From an uncultured Chloroflexia bacterium (GTDB lineage: Bacteria > Chloroflexota > Anaerolineae > CG2-30-64-16), in assembly GCA_963774265.1 (NCBI GenBank), contig CAVZDU010000001.1, forward strand, positions 416,001 to 480,000: 64,000 bases of DNA, in the 5' to 3' direction. The notes beneath the pieces are model-generated. The model made no database searches and was not told the DNA's origin. It saw nothing but the letters and a program-made list of their open reading frames with translations. Of the stretch, positions 28,239-38,462 are shown piece after piece. The translations under genes and the position numbers were made by a program. Position 1 is the stretch's first letter. Every line of letters starts with the position of its first letter.

Positions 28239-29651
28239 ATGACGCCGAATATCCCTTCTGCCTTTTTGAGCCGCATGTCCGCCCTCCTGGGCGACGAATT
28301 CCCGGCTTTCCTGGCGAGTTATGAGCAGCCGCCTATGACCGGTCTGCGCGCCAACACGCTGAAAATCGTCCCTCAAACTCTGGCAGAATCGCTATCCATT
28401 GATCTGACGCCGGTGCCTTGGTCGACCGACGCCTTCCTGGTTGCGGCGGCCGACCATGCACGCCCAGGCAAGCACCCCTACCACGCGGCCGGGCTTTATT
28501 ACCTGCAAGATCCCTCGGCTATGATGCCTGTGGAGGTCCTCGATCCGCAGCCGGGTGAGACAGTGCTCGATCTTTCAGCCGCGCCGGGCGGCAAGTCAAC
28601 CCAGATCGCAGCGCGCCTGGCCGGACGTGGGCTGCTGATCGCCAATGAGGTGGTGCAAAAGCGCGGGTGGGAGCTGGCCGGAAACCTGGAACGCTGGGGA
28701 GCCACAAATGTGGCCATTACCGCGGAAACCCCTGAGCGTCTTGCCGAACGGTTCCCGGATTTCTTCGATGCAGTGCTCGTCGACGCGCCCTGTTCCGGTG
28801 AAGGAATGTTTCGCAAGAGCCTGGCCGCCCGGCGAGCCTGGACCCCTGCCCTGGTCGAAGGATGCGCGTTGAGACAGAAGGGCATCCTGGAGCAAGCAGC
28901 GCTGCTGGTGCGACCAGGGGGCCGGCTCGTCTATTCGACCTGCACGTTCGCTCCCGAAGAGGATGAGGGCGCCGTTGTGCGCTTTCTGACGCGCCACCCT
29001 GAATTCACGCTTGCCGAGCCGCCGGCGCGCCCCGGCTTTTGTCCAGGCCGCCCGGATTGGTTGCCGCCCCAACTGCTGGCGAAGCAGCCTTACGGACAGC
29101 AGCCGGAGCTTGCACGCTGTGTCCGCCTGTGGCCGCATCGGGGCCCCGGCGAGGGGCATTTCGCCGCTTTATTGGTGAAGTCAGAGCTGGCGGCGCACAT
29201 GTCGGAGACCTCCGCCCGCCGGCCTACACGTCTGCCAAAAGTCGCGCAGTCCGCCTTCGATGCGTTCGCCACAAAAGCACTGACAGATGCGCCGGCGGAG
29301 GCCTCCCTGGCTCTGATCGGCTCCTACCTCTACGCACTCCCTGTTGGCCTGCCGGATCTCAGCCGATTGCGCTTTCTCCATCCAGGCTGGTGGCTGGGAG
29401 AACTTAAGAAGGATCGCTTCGAGCCAAGCCATGCGTTCGCGTTGGGGCTGGCCCCTTCCGAGGTGCGGCAGGTTGTGGATTATCCCGCAGACAGCGACGA
29501 TCTTCTTGCCTATCTTCGCGGCGAAACGCTCGCCTCTTCCGGCGAAGACGGTTGGACATTGGTGGCGGTGGACGGATTTTCGCTGGGCTGGGGCAAGCGC
29601 GTCGCGGGTCGCCTGAAAAGCCACTACCCGAAGGGGTTGCGTCGGGTTTAG
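28239..29651 (+). CDS. RsmF/NOL1/NOP2-family RNA m5C methyltransferase
   Basis: AAPGGKS, VDAPCSGEG, YSTCT and the C-terminal KSHYPKGLR. Confidence 0.9.
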   Translation: MTPNIPSAFLSRMSALLGDEFPAFLASYEQPPMTGLRANTLKIVPQTLAESLSIDLTPVPWSTDAFLVAAADHARPGKHPYHAAGLYYLQDPSAMMPVEVLDPQPGETVLDLSAAPGGKSTQIAARLAGRGLLIANEVVQKRGWELAGNLERWGATNVAITAETPERLAERFPDFFDAVLVDAPCSGEGMFRKSLAARRAWTPALVEGCALRQKGILEQAALLVRPGGRLVYSTCTFAPEEDEGAVVRFLTRHPEFTLAEPPARPGFCPGRPDWLPPQLLAKQPYGQQPELARCVRLWPHRGPGEGHFAALLVKSELAAHMSETSARRPTRLPKVAQSAFDAFATKALTDAPAEASLALIGSYLYALPVGLPDLSRLRFLHPGWWLGELKKDRFEPSHAFALGLAPSEVRQVVDYPADSDDLLAYLRGETLASSGEDGWTLVAVDGFSLGWGKRVAGRLKSHYPKGLRRV

Positions 29652-29718
29652 TATAGCGACCGAGAAAACAGTCCTGCCGACTGCGCGGCACCCTGTGGGC
29701 AAGAGAGGGTTGGAGACC

Positions 29719-31134
29719 GTGCTTATCTACGAAGCACTCAGAATTCGGAAGGGTGATGTCATCTCCCTCGTTGGCGGCGGGGGCAAGACAACCATGATGT
29801 TCCGCCTTGCCGATGAGCTGACTGCGGCCGGCCTGAAAGTGGTTACCACGATGACCACCAAGATATTTGTCGGTCAGATGTCCCGCGCACCGGCGCGCGT
29901 GGTGTTGCAGGGCGAAGGCGCACTTCTGGCGCAACTCCCGGGATTACTGGCGGACCACAACCACGTGCTGGTTGCCGGCAGCACCCTGGTCGAACAAGAC
30001 AAGGTGCAGGGCCTGGATCCCGCCCTGGTTGATCGCATCGCTGCCCATCCTGCCGTCGATGCAGTGGTGATCGAGGCCGACGGGTCGCGACGCCTGCCGT
30101 TCAAGGCTCCTGCACCCCACGAGCCGGTGATCCCCCCGGGTGCGACCGTCGTCGTGCCAACGGTCGGGCTGGACATCTTGGGTCGTCCGCTGACGGCAGA
30201 GTATGTTCATCGCCCAGACCGGGTTGCGGCGCTCACCGGCGCCAACCTTGGCGATCCCGTCACACCCACCATGATCGCGGCGGTGCTGGCGCATCCCGAT
30301 GGCGGCAGCAAAGCCGTCCCCGCGTCAGCGCGCCTGATCCCGTTCCTGAACAAAGTCGAGGATGAAGCCACGCTGGTCTCGGCGCGCGAAATCGCCCGGC
30401 TGCTCCTGCACGCCTTCGGCACTCCCATTGGGACGATTCCCGGTCCGCGCATCGACAGCGTGGTGATCGGGGCGGCGCTGGCCGCGAACCCTGTGGCCGA
30501 GGTCTGGGGTCGTGTCGCCGCAGTGGTGCTGGCCGCTGGTCAGGCGAAACGGTTCGGACTGCTGAAACAGGTGCTGCCCTGGCACGGTACGCCACTTGTG
30601 GCTAACGTCGCACAACAGGCGCTAAGCTGTCCTGATGTCCACCACGTCGTCGTAACGACAGGCGCCGAGGGCCAGCAGGTACGCGCCGCCCTGGAGACGT
30701 GTGCCGCCGACCCCCACCTCACCATAGTCGATGTCTTCGATTGGGCCGACGGCCAAAGCCACAGCGTACGCGCCGGTTTGCAGGCTGCCCAAGATAGCGC
30801 TGGGGCAGCGATTACTGGCGTGCTATTCCTCCTGGCCGACCAACCGGGCGTCTCATCAGCGCTGTTGTCCGCTCTTGTGCAACGCCACCGCGAGACATTG
30901 GCGCCAGTTGTTGCGCCACGCCATGAGGGCCAGCGCGGCAACCCCGTGCTCTTTGACCGTCGTACGTTTGCCGAATTTGGCGCACTCACAGGTGACGTGG
31001 GCGCACGCTCAATCATTCGCCGCCATGAGGATGCGATCGCCTGGGTGGATTGGCCGTCCGCCGAAATCCTGAAGGATATTGATACCCCGGATGCCTATGC
31101 CGCCGCGCAATCTGAAACTCGGCCGGCGCCTTAA
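29719..31134 (+). CDS. yqeC: YqeC (selenium-cofactor maturation) fused to a MocA/YgfJ-like nucleotidyltransferase
   Basis: VGGGGKTT, TTMTTKI and EADGSRRLPFKAPAPHEP (YqeC), followed by VLAAGQAKRFG, LADQP, GNPVLF, GDVGAR and DIDTP (MocA). Confidence 0.85.
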   Translation: MLIYEALRIRKGDVISLVGGGGKTTMMFRLADELTAAGLKVVTTMTTKIFVGQMSRAPARVVLQGEGALLAQLPGLLADHNHVLVAGSTLVEQDKVQGLDPALVDRIAAHPAVDAVVIEADGSRRLPFKAPAPHEPVIPPGATVVVPTVGLDILGRPLTAEYVHRPDRVAALTGANLGDPVTPTMIAAVLAHPDGGSKAVPASARLIPFLNKVEDEATLVSAREIARLLLHAFGTPIGTIPGPRIDSVVIGAALAANPVAEVWGRVAAVVLAAGQAKRFGLLKQVLPWHGTPLVANVAQQALSCPDVHHVVVTTGAEGQQVRAALETCAADPHLTIVDVFDWADGQSHSVRAGLQAAQDSAGAAITGVLFLLADQPGVSSALLSALVQRHRETLAPVVAPRHEGQRGNPVLFDRRTFAEFGALTGDVGARSIIRRHEDAIAWVDWPSAEILKDIDTPDAYAAAQSETRPAP

Positions 31135-31886
31135 GTGCTTTGAGGGTGAACCGATTTCGCGCGCGTCGAAATGAAGCGAAGGCCGAAAAGGGCCAGAATC
31201 GCTAGAGCGAGGCCTAAAACCTGTCCCAACCTTAAGCCGCTGAACGCCGTCGCCGTTACATCCGCCGACCGGAACGCCTCCACAAACCAGAGCGTCAACC
31301 CGTAGCCCAACAACGCCGTCAGCGCAGGAGCTCCCCCTCGGCTGCCCAACCGAATGAGGTGGACAACATAGGCCGCCACCGCGGCGAGCGCGATCATCTC
31401 GTAGATCTGCACCGGATGCCGCTCGACGCCCCACAAAGTCACTGACCACGGCAGATTCGCTGGCGCGCCAGGATTCCGGCCCGTCAACAGCGCGCCGATC
31501 GCCGCTACGGCGAGACCTGCAAGCAGCCCGGGCGCGAAGGCGTCGAGCATTGCGATCAGCGGAAGCCTCCGCCGGTAGATGTACCATCCCGCGACGGCGA
31601 TCGCGGCAAGCATGCCCGGCCACAGCAGAAAGGCCGAGGTGTTGAACCCGAAAATCTCAAGCGGCTGTGAGCGGTAAGACGGCCAAAAGACCAGCACATG
31701 GGCAAATCGTCCCACAATCACGCCGGCCAGTAGGCCATATAGTCCAGCATTGTAGATATGATCGCCATCCAGCGCGAGCCATTTGGCCGCGCGTGCACCC
31801 ACCGCCAGGGCGACCCATCCCGCCAAAACGAGGGCCAGCGGATAGGTCTGGATGGCAAAGGGACCGCTTTGAAGCACAGGCAACAT
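31131..31886 (-). CDS. Lgt-like membrane protein (degenerate catalytic motifs)
   Basis: IQTYP, VGRFAHV, HPVQIYE and FVEAFR motifs; multiple TM segments. Confidence 0.7.
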   Translation of the reverse strand: MLPVLQSGPFAIQTYPLALVLAGWVALAVGARAAKWLALDGDHIYNAGLYGLLAGVIVGRFAHVLVFWPSYRSQPLEIFGFNTSAFLLWPGMLAAIAVAGWYIYRRRLPLIAMLDAFAPGLLAGLAVAAIGALLTGRNPGAPANLPWSVTLWGVERHPVQIYEMIALAAVAAYVVHLIRLGSRGGAPALTALLGYGLTLWFVEAFRSADVTATAFSGLRLGQVLGLALAILALFGLRFISTRAKSVHPQST

Positions 31887-31895
31887 GGGTAAATC

Positions 31896-32435
31896 CTACG
31901 GGTAAACCGAACGAAGCCGCTGGGACAACGTCGCTTCAGTGAGCGGACCGACCTGCATTTGGCGGACCACTCCCGCTCGGTCGATAAAAAAAGTCGTGGG
32001 CAGGCTGCGCACCAGATAAAGGCGGCTGGCCTCCATCCGTGTATCCAGGGGAATCTCAAAAGTGAGACCAAGCTGTTGAGCAAAGGCCTGCACATCCGCG
32101 GGTGCTTCCCCCTGGTTCACCCCGATGACTGCCACCTGACCTGTCAACCGCTCGCTTGCCGCCTGCAGCTCGGGCAGCTCGGCGCGGCAAGGCGGACACC
32201 ATGTCGCCCAGAAGTTCAGGACAACTGGTGTTCCTCGTAGATCCGACAGTTTGAAGGTTTGCCCATTGGTATTGGTAAGCGTTATTTCCGGGGCGGGGTG
32301 GCCGATGGCTGGGGCTGGTGGCAGCGATCCAGCAGCAGCGACCGCCTCATCCGCAGGCACCCGATTCACCCAGATCCAGCCCACACCTGCCAACAAAACC
32401 ACCAGTATGAGCGTGTTCCAACGTAAGCCACTCAT
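31896..32435 (-). CDS. Membrane-anchored TlpA/ResA-family thioredoxin
   Basis: N-terminal TM, NFWATWCPPCRAE and LPTTFFID motifs. Confidence 0.9.
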   Translation of the reverse strand: MSGLRWNTLILVVLLAGVGWIWVNRVPADEAVAAAGSLPPAPAIGHPAPEITLTNTNGQTFKLSDLRGTPVVLNFWATWCPPCRAELPELQAASERLTGQVAVIGVNQGEAPADVQAFAQQLGLTFEIPLDTRMEASRLYLVRSLPTTFFIDRAGVVRQMQVGPLTEATLSQRLRSVYP

Positions 32436-32479
32436 CTTCAGTCTTCAATCTTCAATCTGCAATCTTGCATCGTCAACGG

Positions 32480-35237
32480 TCACAGCAGATCGACCGGGTC
32501 GACGTCGATTCGCCATCCGGGACCCACCGCAAAGCGACGCAGCGACATCGCGGGGTCAGGACCGCGCAAGATGATCTGCCAGCGCCACTCCCCGCGTTGC
32601 CGCGCAAAGAAACACGGCGCCGGACCGATCAGATCAGTATTGGGAACCATCCCTGTAGGATCGGGGAGGGACTGGGTTGAAATCTCGGTGCGCAGCGCAT
32701 CGGCCACACGCTGCGCCTCAGCCTGTGCTTTGGCGCGTTGCCCATGGTGGTAGACCAATCGAGCCAGCCGGCGCACCGGGGGGTACATCTGCTGCCGCCG
32801 GAAAGCCATCTCCTGGCGGTAAAAACCTTCATAATCGTGCTCGCTGGCAGCCAAAATGGCGTAGTGATCGGGGTGGTACGTCTGTACGATGACCTCACCT
32901 CCCAGTTCACTGCGCCCCGCGCGGCCCGCGACCTGAGTCAATAATTGGAAGGTCCGTTCACTCGCTCGGAAGTCCGGCAGGAACAGCCCCACGTCGGCTG
33001 CCACCACGCCGACCAGGGTCACGAGCGGAAGATCCAGCCCCTTTGCGATCATCTGAGTGCCGATGAGGACGTCCGCCTCGTGGGAGATGAATTTGGTCAG
33101 GATCGCATCGTGGCTGCCCTTGGTCCCCGTCACATCGCGATCCCAGCGGAGGGTCCGCGCGGTGGGGAACTCCAGCTTCACCGCCTCCTCGACACGCTCC
33201 GTGCCGACGCCAAAATGACGGATCCGCTTGCTCGCGCACTTCGGACAGACGAGCGGTGAGGGATAGCGGCGGTTGCACTGATGGCAGATGAGGTCCCCCT
33301 CACCATGAAAAATGAGCGGCGAAGCGCACCGCTGGCAGGTCGCCACATAGCCACAATCACGGCAGAGGATGAACGTGGCTGTGCCGCGGCGGTTCAAGTA
33401 CAACATGGCCTGCTGACCCGCCGCGAGGACGCGATGCAATCCCTCCGACAACTGCCGGCTGAACATGCTGCGGTTGCCGACGCGCAGCTCCTGCCGCATG
33501 TCGACCACGCGCACCACGGGCAAATCCGCCTTGATGCGTTGCGGAAGCCTGAGCAACGTCATCTCCCCGCGCTTCGCAGCGTAGAACGTCTCCAGGAATG
33601 GCGTGGCGCTGCCCAAAATCACGGTCGCGCCGCAAAGGCGCCCCAGCTCAATTGCCACCGCGCGGGCGTGATAGCGCGGGGTGCGCTCCTGCTTGTATGA
33701 AGGCTCGTGCTCTTCATCGACAACGATCACGCCAAGCTGGCCGAAGGGCAGAAAAAGCGCCGACCGGGAGCCGACTACCACCTGGGCTGCGGGATGCCCC
33801 GTGCGCACCCTTCGCCACACATCGAAGCGCTCGCCGTCGCCCAGTTCGCTGTGCCACACGGTGACTTTGCCGGGGAAGCGCGCGGCGAAGCGGCGGATGG
33901 TTTGCGGCGTGAGCGCGATCTCGGGTACCAGGACAACCGCCTGTTTGCCCCCTGCCAACGCCTCGGCGATGGCACGCAGGTAGATTTCGGTCTTACCAGA
34001 ACCCGTTACACCGTGTAACAGAATCGGACGCGGGCTTTGCCCGTGTTGATCCGTATCCAGCGTCTCACGCACGGCGCCCCACACGCGCTCCTGATCGGGT
34101 GTAAGGACGGGAGGCGAATCTAGCTCGAACTCGTAACCCGCAAGCGGATCCCGCCACACCATCTCCTCGGCCACGGTCACCAGCCCGGCAGCCTCCAGAT
34201 CGCGCAAGGTATCGCGGCGTCGCGTCCGTTTCCGCGTACACACGACCGATCCAGGCCGGCCCATCGTGGGAGAGCAGCAGGTCCAGCACAGCCTTGTGTT
34301 TGCTCGAGCCGCGCAGCTCGACGATTGCATCGGTAACGGCGTCAGCGGCCAGGGCCAGCGACACAAGCAAAGCAGCGCTGTGGACGGGCGTAGAGGTCTC
34401 ACGAGCAACGGCGAGGGTCACCCAGCCTCGATCCGCCAGGGCTTTGACAACCGCCCGCTCACACGGCACGCCGGTGAGCAGATCGGACAGGGGGACGGGA
34501 CCAGGGCCGTGCGCGATCAGCCAGGCAAGCGCATCGGACTGCCTGGATCTACGCCCCAGGGTGGGCAAGATACGGGCGATGGTTTCTGCGTCCGCCAAGA
34601 GCCGCACCTGGCGGTCGGTCTTGGGCCTCGGCGGCGGTGAGGGAAACTCCGCCTCGCGGGTCACCAGCCCCATCTCAATCAGCGGATCAAGATCATCCCG
34701 CTGGGTCACCCGCTTGACCGGTGGAAGTGTCCCGTGGGCGTTTGTAGTAATATCGGACCAGTCGCCTGGTGCTTGCGCAATACGCGCCAGCAACATCTGC
34801 TGCTTCTCCGACAAGCCAGCAGGTGGGGTGACAGAGGACCGGACGAAAACCGTGCGCCCACGCTGAGAGAGACCAGCAGGGAGCATGAGGCGCAACGATT
34901 CGATCAGCGGCGCCACCGTCTGTTCGCTGATCCAATGCGCCAACGCAAGCTGTGAGAAACTCAGAACGGGCTGCGCCCAAACCAGGGAGATGATTTCGCG
35001 TGTCCGGAAATCAGGAGCCGCGTCGACCAGGCGCAGTACAACGCCCTGCAGACGACGGCCGCGGAACGGAATCCAGACCAGGTGTCCCGGCTGAAGTCTG
35101 CCTGCCAACATAGCAGGCGCCTGGTACGTGAACGACTGTCCAGTATAGGTAGGCGACGCGTCCGTCGTCGCTGCGAGCTGACCTGGAGGACGAGGCGCCC
35201 CCAGAGGCGTATTAACGCAGACTTCAGCGTAGAGCAT
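32480..35237 (-). CDS. priA: Primosomal protein N'; one apparent frameshift at ~34220
   Basis: HGVTGSGKTE, DEEHE, four CxxC pairs, GTQMIAKG and QVAGRAGR; N-terminal ORF 34065-35237 joins ORF 32480. Confidence 0.92.
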
Positions 35238-35239
35238 GG

Positions 35240-36100
35240 CTAAGCGTGTATGCCCGCAGCCAGATAGCCGACAGTATAAGCACCCGGCCGCTTGTCTCCC
35301 GTGACATCTCCTGAAGATGTGTACTGAAGCACCTTTGCACCTTTGGCGCCAAGTCGCCTACACGTCTCCAGAAGGACAAACAAGCCGGTTGCCCCACACG
35401 CCTGCACTTGTTCTGTCTGCAGCGCTGTGCGCAGGCCGTCCAGGTCAAATGCGTTGAGCAGATCGACCAGCCTGCGGTCGGTGCTTATGACATCTGCATA
35501 GTTGTCCATATGGCTCAGATCGGTGCTGGAAACGAGCAGCGTCTCTTCGTCGAGGAGCTCGGTCAGTGCCTCGGACAGCCGGGTCGCTCTCTCTGCTGCA
35601 TGAGTATGAGAGATGTGTTCGCCGAGCATAATCGGAACCAGTCGGAAACGATCGAGGACGACCTGAAGGAATGGCAATTCGATCTCCAGTGCATGTTCCT
35701 CATCGCCCTGCACCGGGGTCAATGTGATCCGAGCACTAAGCTTATCGATGAAGTCTCGATCCAGGGGAACATCGCCAAGTGGCGTACGGTAAGCGTTTTC
35801 AGCAGGAACCATAAATGGGCCCACGGGACTGCCCCATACCGGTCGATGCAACGGGCCCAGGAGGACAACCCGCGTTAAAGGCATGCCGCGCACCTGCACA
35901 AAGGCCTGCGCGGCCGTCGGTCCGGAATAGGCGTAACCCGCGTGCGGAGCGACCAGGCCCAGGATGCGGCCTGGCCAACTCACAGCTGTGGCTTTTTCAA
36001 GATAACCGTCTATGTCCCGGCGTAGCGTGGCCGCACTTCCCGGGTACCATCGCCCTGCAATCGCCGATGGGCGAAGGTTCTGGATTGGATCGGGGCTCAT
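35240..36100 (-). CDS. AmmeMemoRadiSam system protein B (MEMO1 family)
   Basis: AGRWYP, PHAGYAYSG, EHALEIELPFLQ, SSTDLSH, ACG and VGY motifs; AGGAGG RBS. Confidence 0.88.
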   Translation of the reverse strand: MSPDPIQNLRPSAIAGRWYPGSAATLRRDIDGYLEKATAVSWPGRILGLVAPHAGYAYSGPTAAQAFVQVRGMPLTRVVLLGPLHRPVWGSPVGPFMVPAENAYRTPLGDVPLDRDFIDKLSARITLTPVQGDEEHALEIELPFLQVVLDRFRLVPIMLGEHISHTHAAERATRLSEALTELLDEETLLVSSTDLSHMDNYADVISTDRRLVDLLNAFDLDGLRTALQTEQVQACGATGLFVLLETCRRLGAKGAKVLQYTSSGDVTGDKRPGAYTVGYLAAGIHA

Positions 36101-36137
36101 CGCACACCTCCTTGAGGCGGAGAGCCGTCCCGCGCCT

Positions 36138-36950
36138 TCAGACTCCCCAACGCTGGTTGCCAACAAAGGTCAAGGCGAACAGGACAATCAACGCTAACAC
36201 CACAACAATCACCCGGACACCCTGCGATCGGGCGTCGACCAACCGCCGTGATGTCATGTAGCCCTCCTGCGACCACGTGAGGACATAACCGGGTGACAAA
36301 GCAAAACCCAATAAGAAGCCGGCCGCCAGGCCGCCAAGATGAGCGTAGTTGTTGATGTTCGGGACAGTGAAGCCGAAGAAAAGGTTGATGCCGATGAGAA
36401 CCGCCAGATTCCCCAGCCGCTGCCGGCCGAACGCACCGAAGAGCTGGCGATTGCGCAAGAAGTAGGCAACCTCGGCGCCGATCAAGCCGAAGATGGCGCC
36501 CGAAGCTCCTACAGACGGCACGTCCGCGCCGAGCACGTACCAGGCAATATTGCCGGCTAATCCGGAGACGAAATAGATCGCCGTGAACCAAAGAGGGCTG
36601 TAGAAGGACTCGATGTCACGGCCCAGGCTGTACAGAGCCCAACCGTTGAATGCCAGATGCGTCAGACCGCCGTGCAAGAAGATCGCGCTGAGCAATCGCC
36701 AATACTCACCGGCTCCAACCCAACTGTTTACTTGCGCACCCAGGTAGAAGATGATGGGCTGGCCCGTAAACCGTTCCAGAATGAAGTCGGCAATGAACAC
36801 AAGAACGATAAGGCCCAGGAGTATGTAAGTCACGATGGGACGGTAAAGCGGCAGACGAGTGCGGACCTGAACTGGCGCTGCGGGGTTCGCATCATCACGC
36901 GGAGACTGCCCGGAGGGATGCTCCTGCGGAGCAGGGTTTTCATAGCTCAT
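36138..36950 (-). CDS. Rhomboid intramembrane serine protease
   Basis: YWRLL, FLH, HLAFN, GASGAIFG and AHLGG motifs. Confidence 0.92.
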   Translation of the reverse strand: MSYENPAPQEHPSGQSPRDDANPAAPVQVRTRLPLYRPIVTYILLGLIVLVFIADFILERFTGQPIIFYLGAQVNSWVGAGEYWRLLSAIFLHGGLTHLAFNGWALYSLGRDIESFYSPLWFTAIYFVSGLAGNIAWYVLGADVPSVGASGAIFGLIGAEVAYFLRNRQLFGAFGRQRLGNLAVLIGINLFFGFTVPNINNYAHLGGLAAGFLLGFALSPGYVLTWSQEGYMTSRRLVDARSQGVRVIVVVLALIVLFALTFVGNQRWGV

Positions 36951-37612
36951 ATTGTCACCGGTTGCCAATCAATGCGGCTCTTTTCGGCCTCGATGATCGA
37001 GATGAGACAGTCGACTGTCTCATCCAGCGCACATTCACGATTGATAATGCGATATTTGAACTCACTCGCCCGGCACAACTCTCGGCGTGCGGTCTCGATC
37101 CGCTGCTCGAGCTGCGCAGGGTCCTCTGTCTTGCGACGGCGCAACCGTTCGACGAGGGCTTCCTCTGACTCTGCCGTGAGAAAAACCGTAATGGCCTCTG
37201 GCACCAGCCCGCGAATGGTAGCGGCGCCCTGCACATCAAGGCGCATGACGACATCCTGTCCACTGGCTAACGCAGCTCGCACGCCCGCCTTGGGGATGCC
37301 TTTATACTGTCCATAAACCAGCGCATGCTCTATCAACTCGCCTCGCGCGATTAAGTCGCTGAACGTGGCCTCTGAAACAAAGTGATAATCCACGCCGTCG
37401 ATTTCATTGGGTCGGCGCGAGCGCGTTGTCGCGGTCACCACGAAATGGCACGAATAGCCGCGCTCCTTCATGAGCTGGATTGTCGCGTCTTTGCCAACAC
37501 CTGACGGCCCAGACACGACCACCAGCAGAGGCCGCGGAAGATGAAGGGACCTGTACCATTCGCGCGTAACCTGTTCAAGGCTTGCCGAGGCAGCCTGGTT
37601 TTCGTCGCTCAT
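36947..37612 (-). CDS. gmk: Guanylate kinase
   Basis: SGPSGVGK, TTRSRRPNEIDGVDYHF and DVQGA motifs. Confidence 0.93.
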   Translation of the reverse strand: MSDENQAASASLEQVTREWYRSLHLPRPLLVVVSGPSGVGKDATIQLMKERGYSCHFVVTATTRSRRPNEIDGVDYHFVSEATFSDLIARGELIEHALVYGQYKGIPKAGVRAALASGQDVVMRLDVQGAATIRGLVPEAITVFLTAESEEALVERLRRRKTEDPAQLEQRIETARRELCRASEFKYRIINRECALDETVDCLISIIEAEKSRIDWQPVTI

Positions 37613-37664
37613 TTACGAAGCATCCTCACTCAATAGCGATGCACTCACTCGATGCCAGGATTGC

Positions 37665-37694
37665 TTGGACGCAAGTTTAGTCCTGCGCTATAAT
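37665..37694 (+). promoter_or_regulatory. Sigma70-like promoter TTGGAC-N18-TATAAT, 6 nt before ATG (probably leaderless)
   Basis: TATAAT at 37689-37694, ATG at 37701, no SD. Confidence 0.55.
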
Positions 37695-37700
37695 CGCAGT

Positions 37701-38102
37701 ATGCCGATCTACGAATACACCTGTCAAGACTGCAATCGACGCGTCAGTCTGCTCTGGCGTTCATTTTCCGACGCTCAAAGTCGCGAGGCGGTCTGCCCGC
37801 GCTGCGGCGGGAATAAGCTGACGCGCCTGATATCGCGCGTTGCCGTCCTTCGCTCCGAAGAAAGTCACCTGGATAATATGTCCAGCGCAGACAACCCGCT
37901 CGGAGATGGCCTGGATGAAAACGATCCAAAATCGCTGGCCCGGTTCATGCGCAAGATGGCGAATGAGACGGGCGAGGATCTTGGCCCGGAGTTCGAAGAA
38001 GTGGTCGGCCGCCTGGAAGCTGGCGAGGATCCGGAGAGCATCGAAGATTCGATGCCTGATCTCGGCGCACCAGGCGGTGGCGACGACTTCGGTGTAATGT
38101 AG
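37701..38102 (+). CDS. FmdB-family zinc-ribbon protein
   Basis: MPIYEYTCQDC...CPRCG...LIS signature and an acidic C-terminus. Confidence 0.85.
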   Translation: MPIYEYTCQDCNRRVSLLWRSFSDAQSREAVCPRCGGNKLTRLISRVAVLRSEESHLDNMSSADNPLGDGLDENDPKSLARFMRKMANETGEDLGPEFEEVVGRLEAGEDPESIEDSMPDLGAPGGGDDFGVM

Positions 38103-38135
38103 GATCGGGCAGCGCAGCCTCCTGCGAGGCCATTC

Positions 38136-38462
38136 CTACACCTGCACGAACTGTTCCACGTTCAGCACGAATGCGACGGCGCCGCCAACGTTGACCTCGA
38201 TTGGCTCAGCCATCTCCAGACCTGGGCCTTCCAGAGTCGGCAGAGGGGAGACCCACTGCGTTCGTCGACGACACACCTGGCGCAAAATCTCAATCGCCTG
38301 GTTCAACTTCTGGTCGTCTGTGCCCAGGAAGAGGGTCGTATTACCCTCGCGTAGAAAACCCCCAGTCGTGCTGATCACCGTGGCCCGGAACCCGGCCTTG
38401 GTCAGTCGATCAAGCACGTCACGCGAGTCATCGCTGCTGACAATTGCCATGACAAGCTTCAT
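38136..38462 (-). CDS. darA: PII-like cyclic-di-AMP receptor (DarA/PstA, DUF970)
   Basis: MKLVMAIV, STTGGFLREGNTT and VGGAVAFVLNVE motifs; directly downstream of tmk as in Firmicutes. Confidence 0.88.
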   Translation of the reverse strand: MKLVMAIVSSDDSRDVLDRLTKAGFRATVISTTGGFLREGNTTLFLGTDDQKLNQAIEILRQVCRRRTQWVSPLPTLEGPGLEMAEPIEVNVGGAVAFVLNVEQFVQV

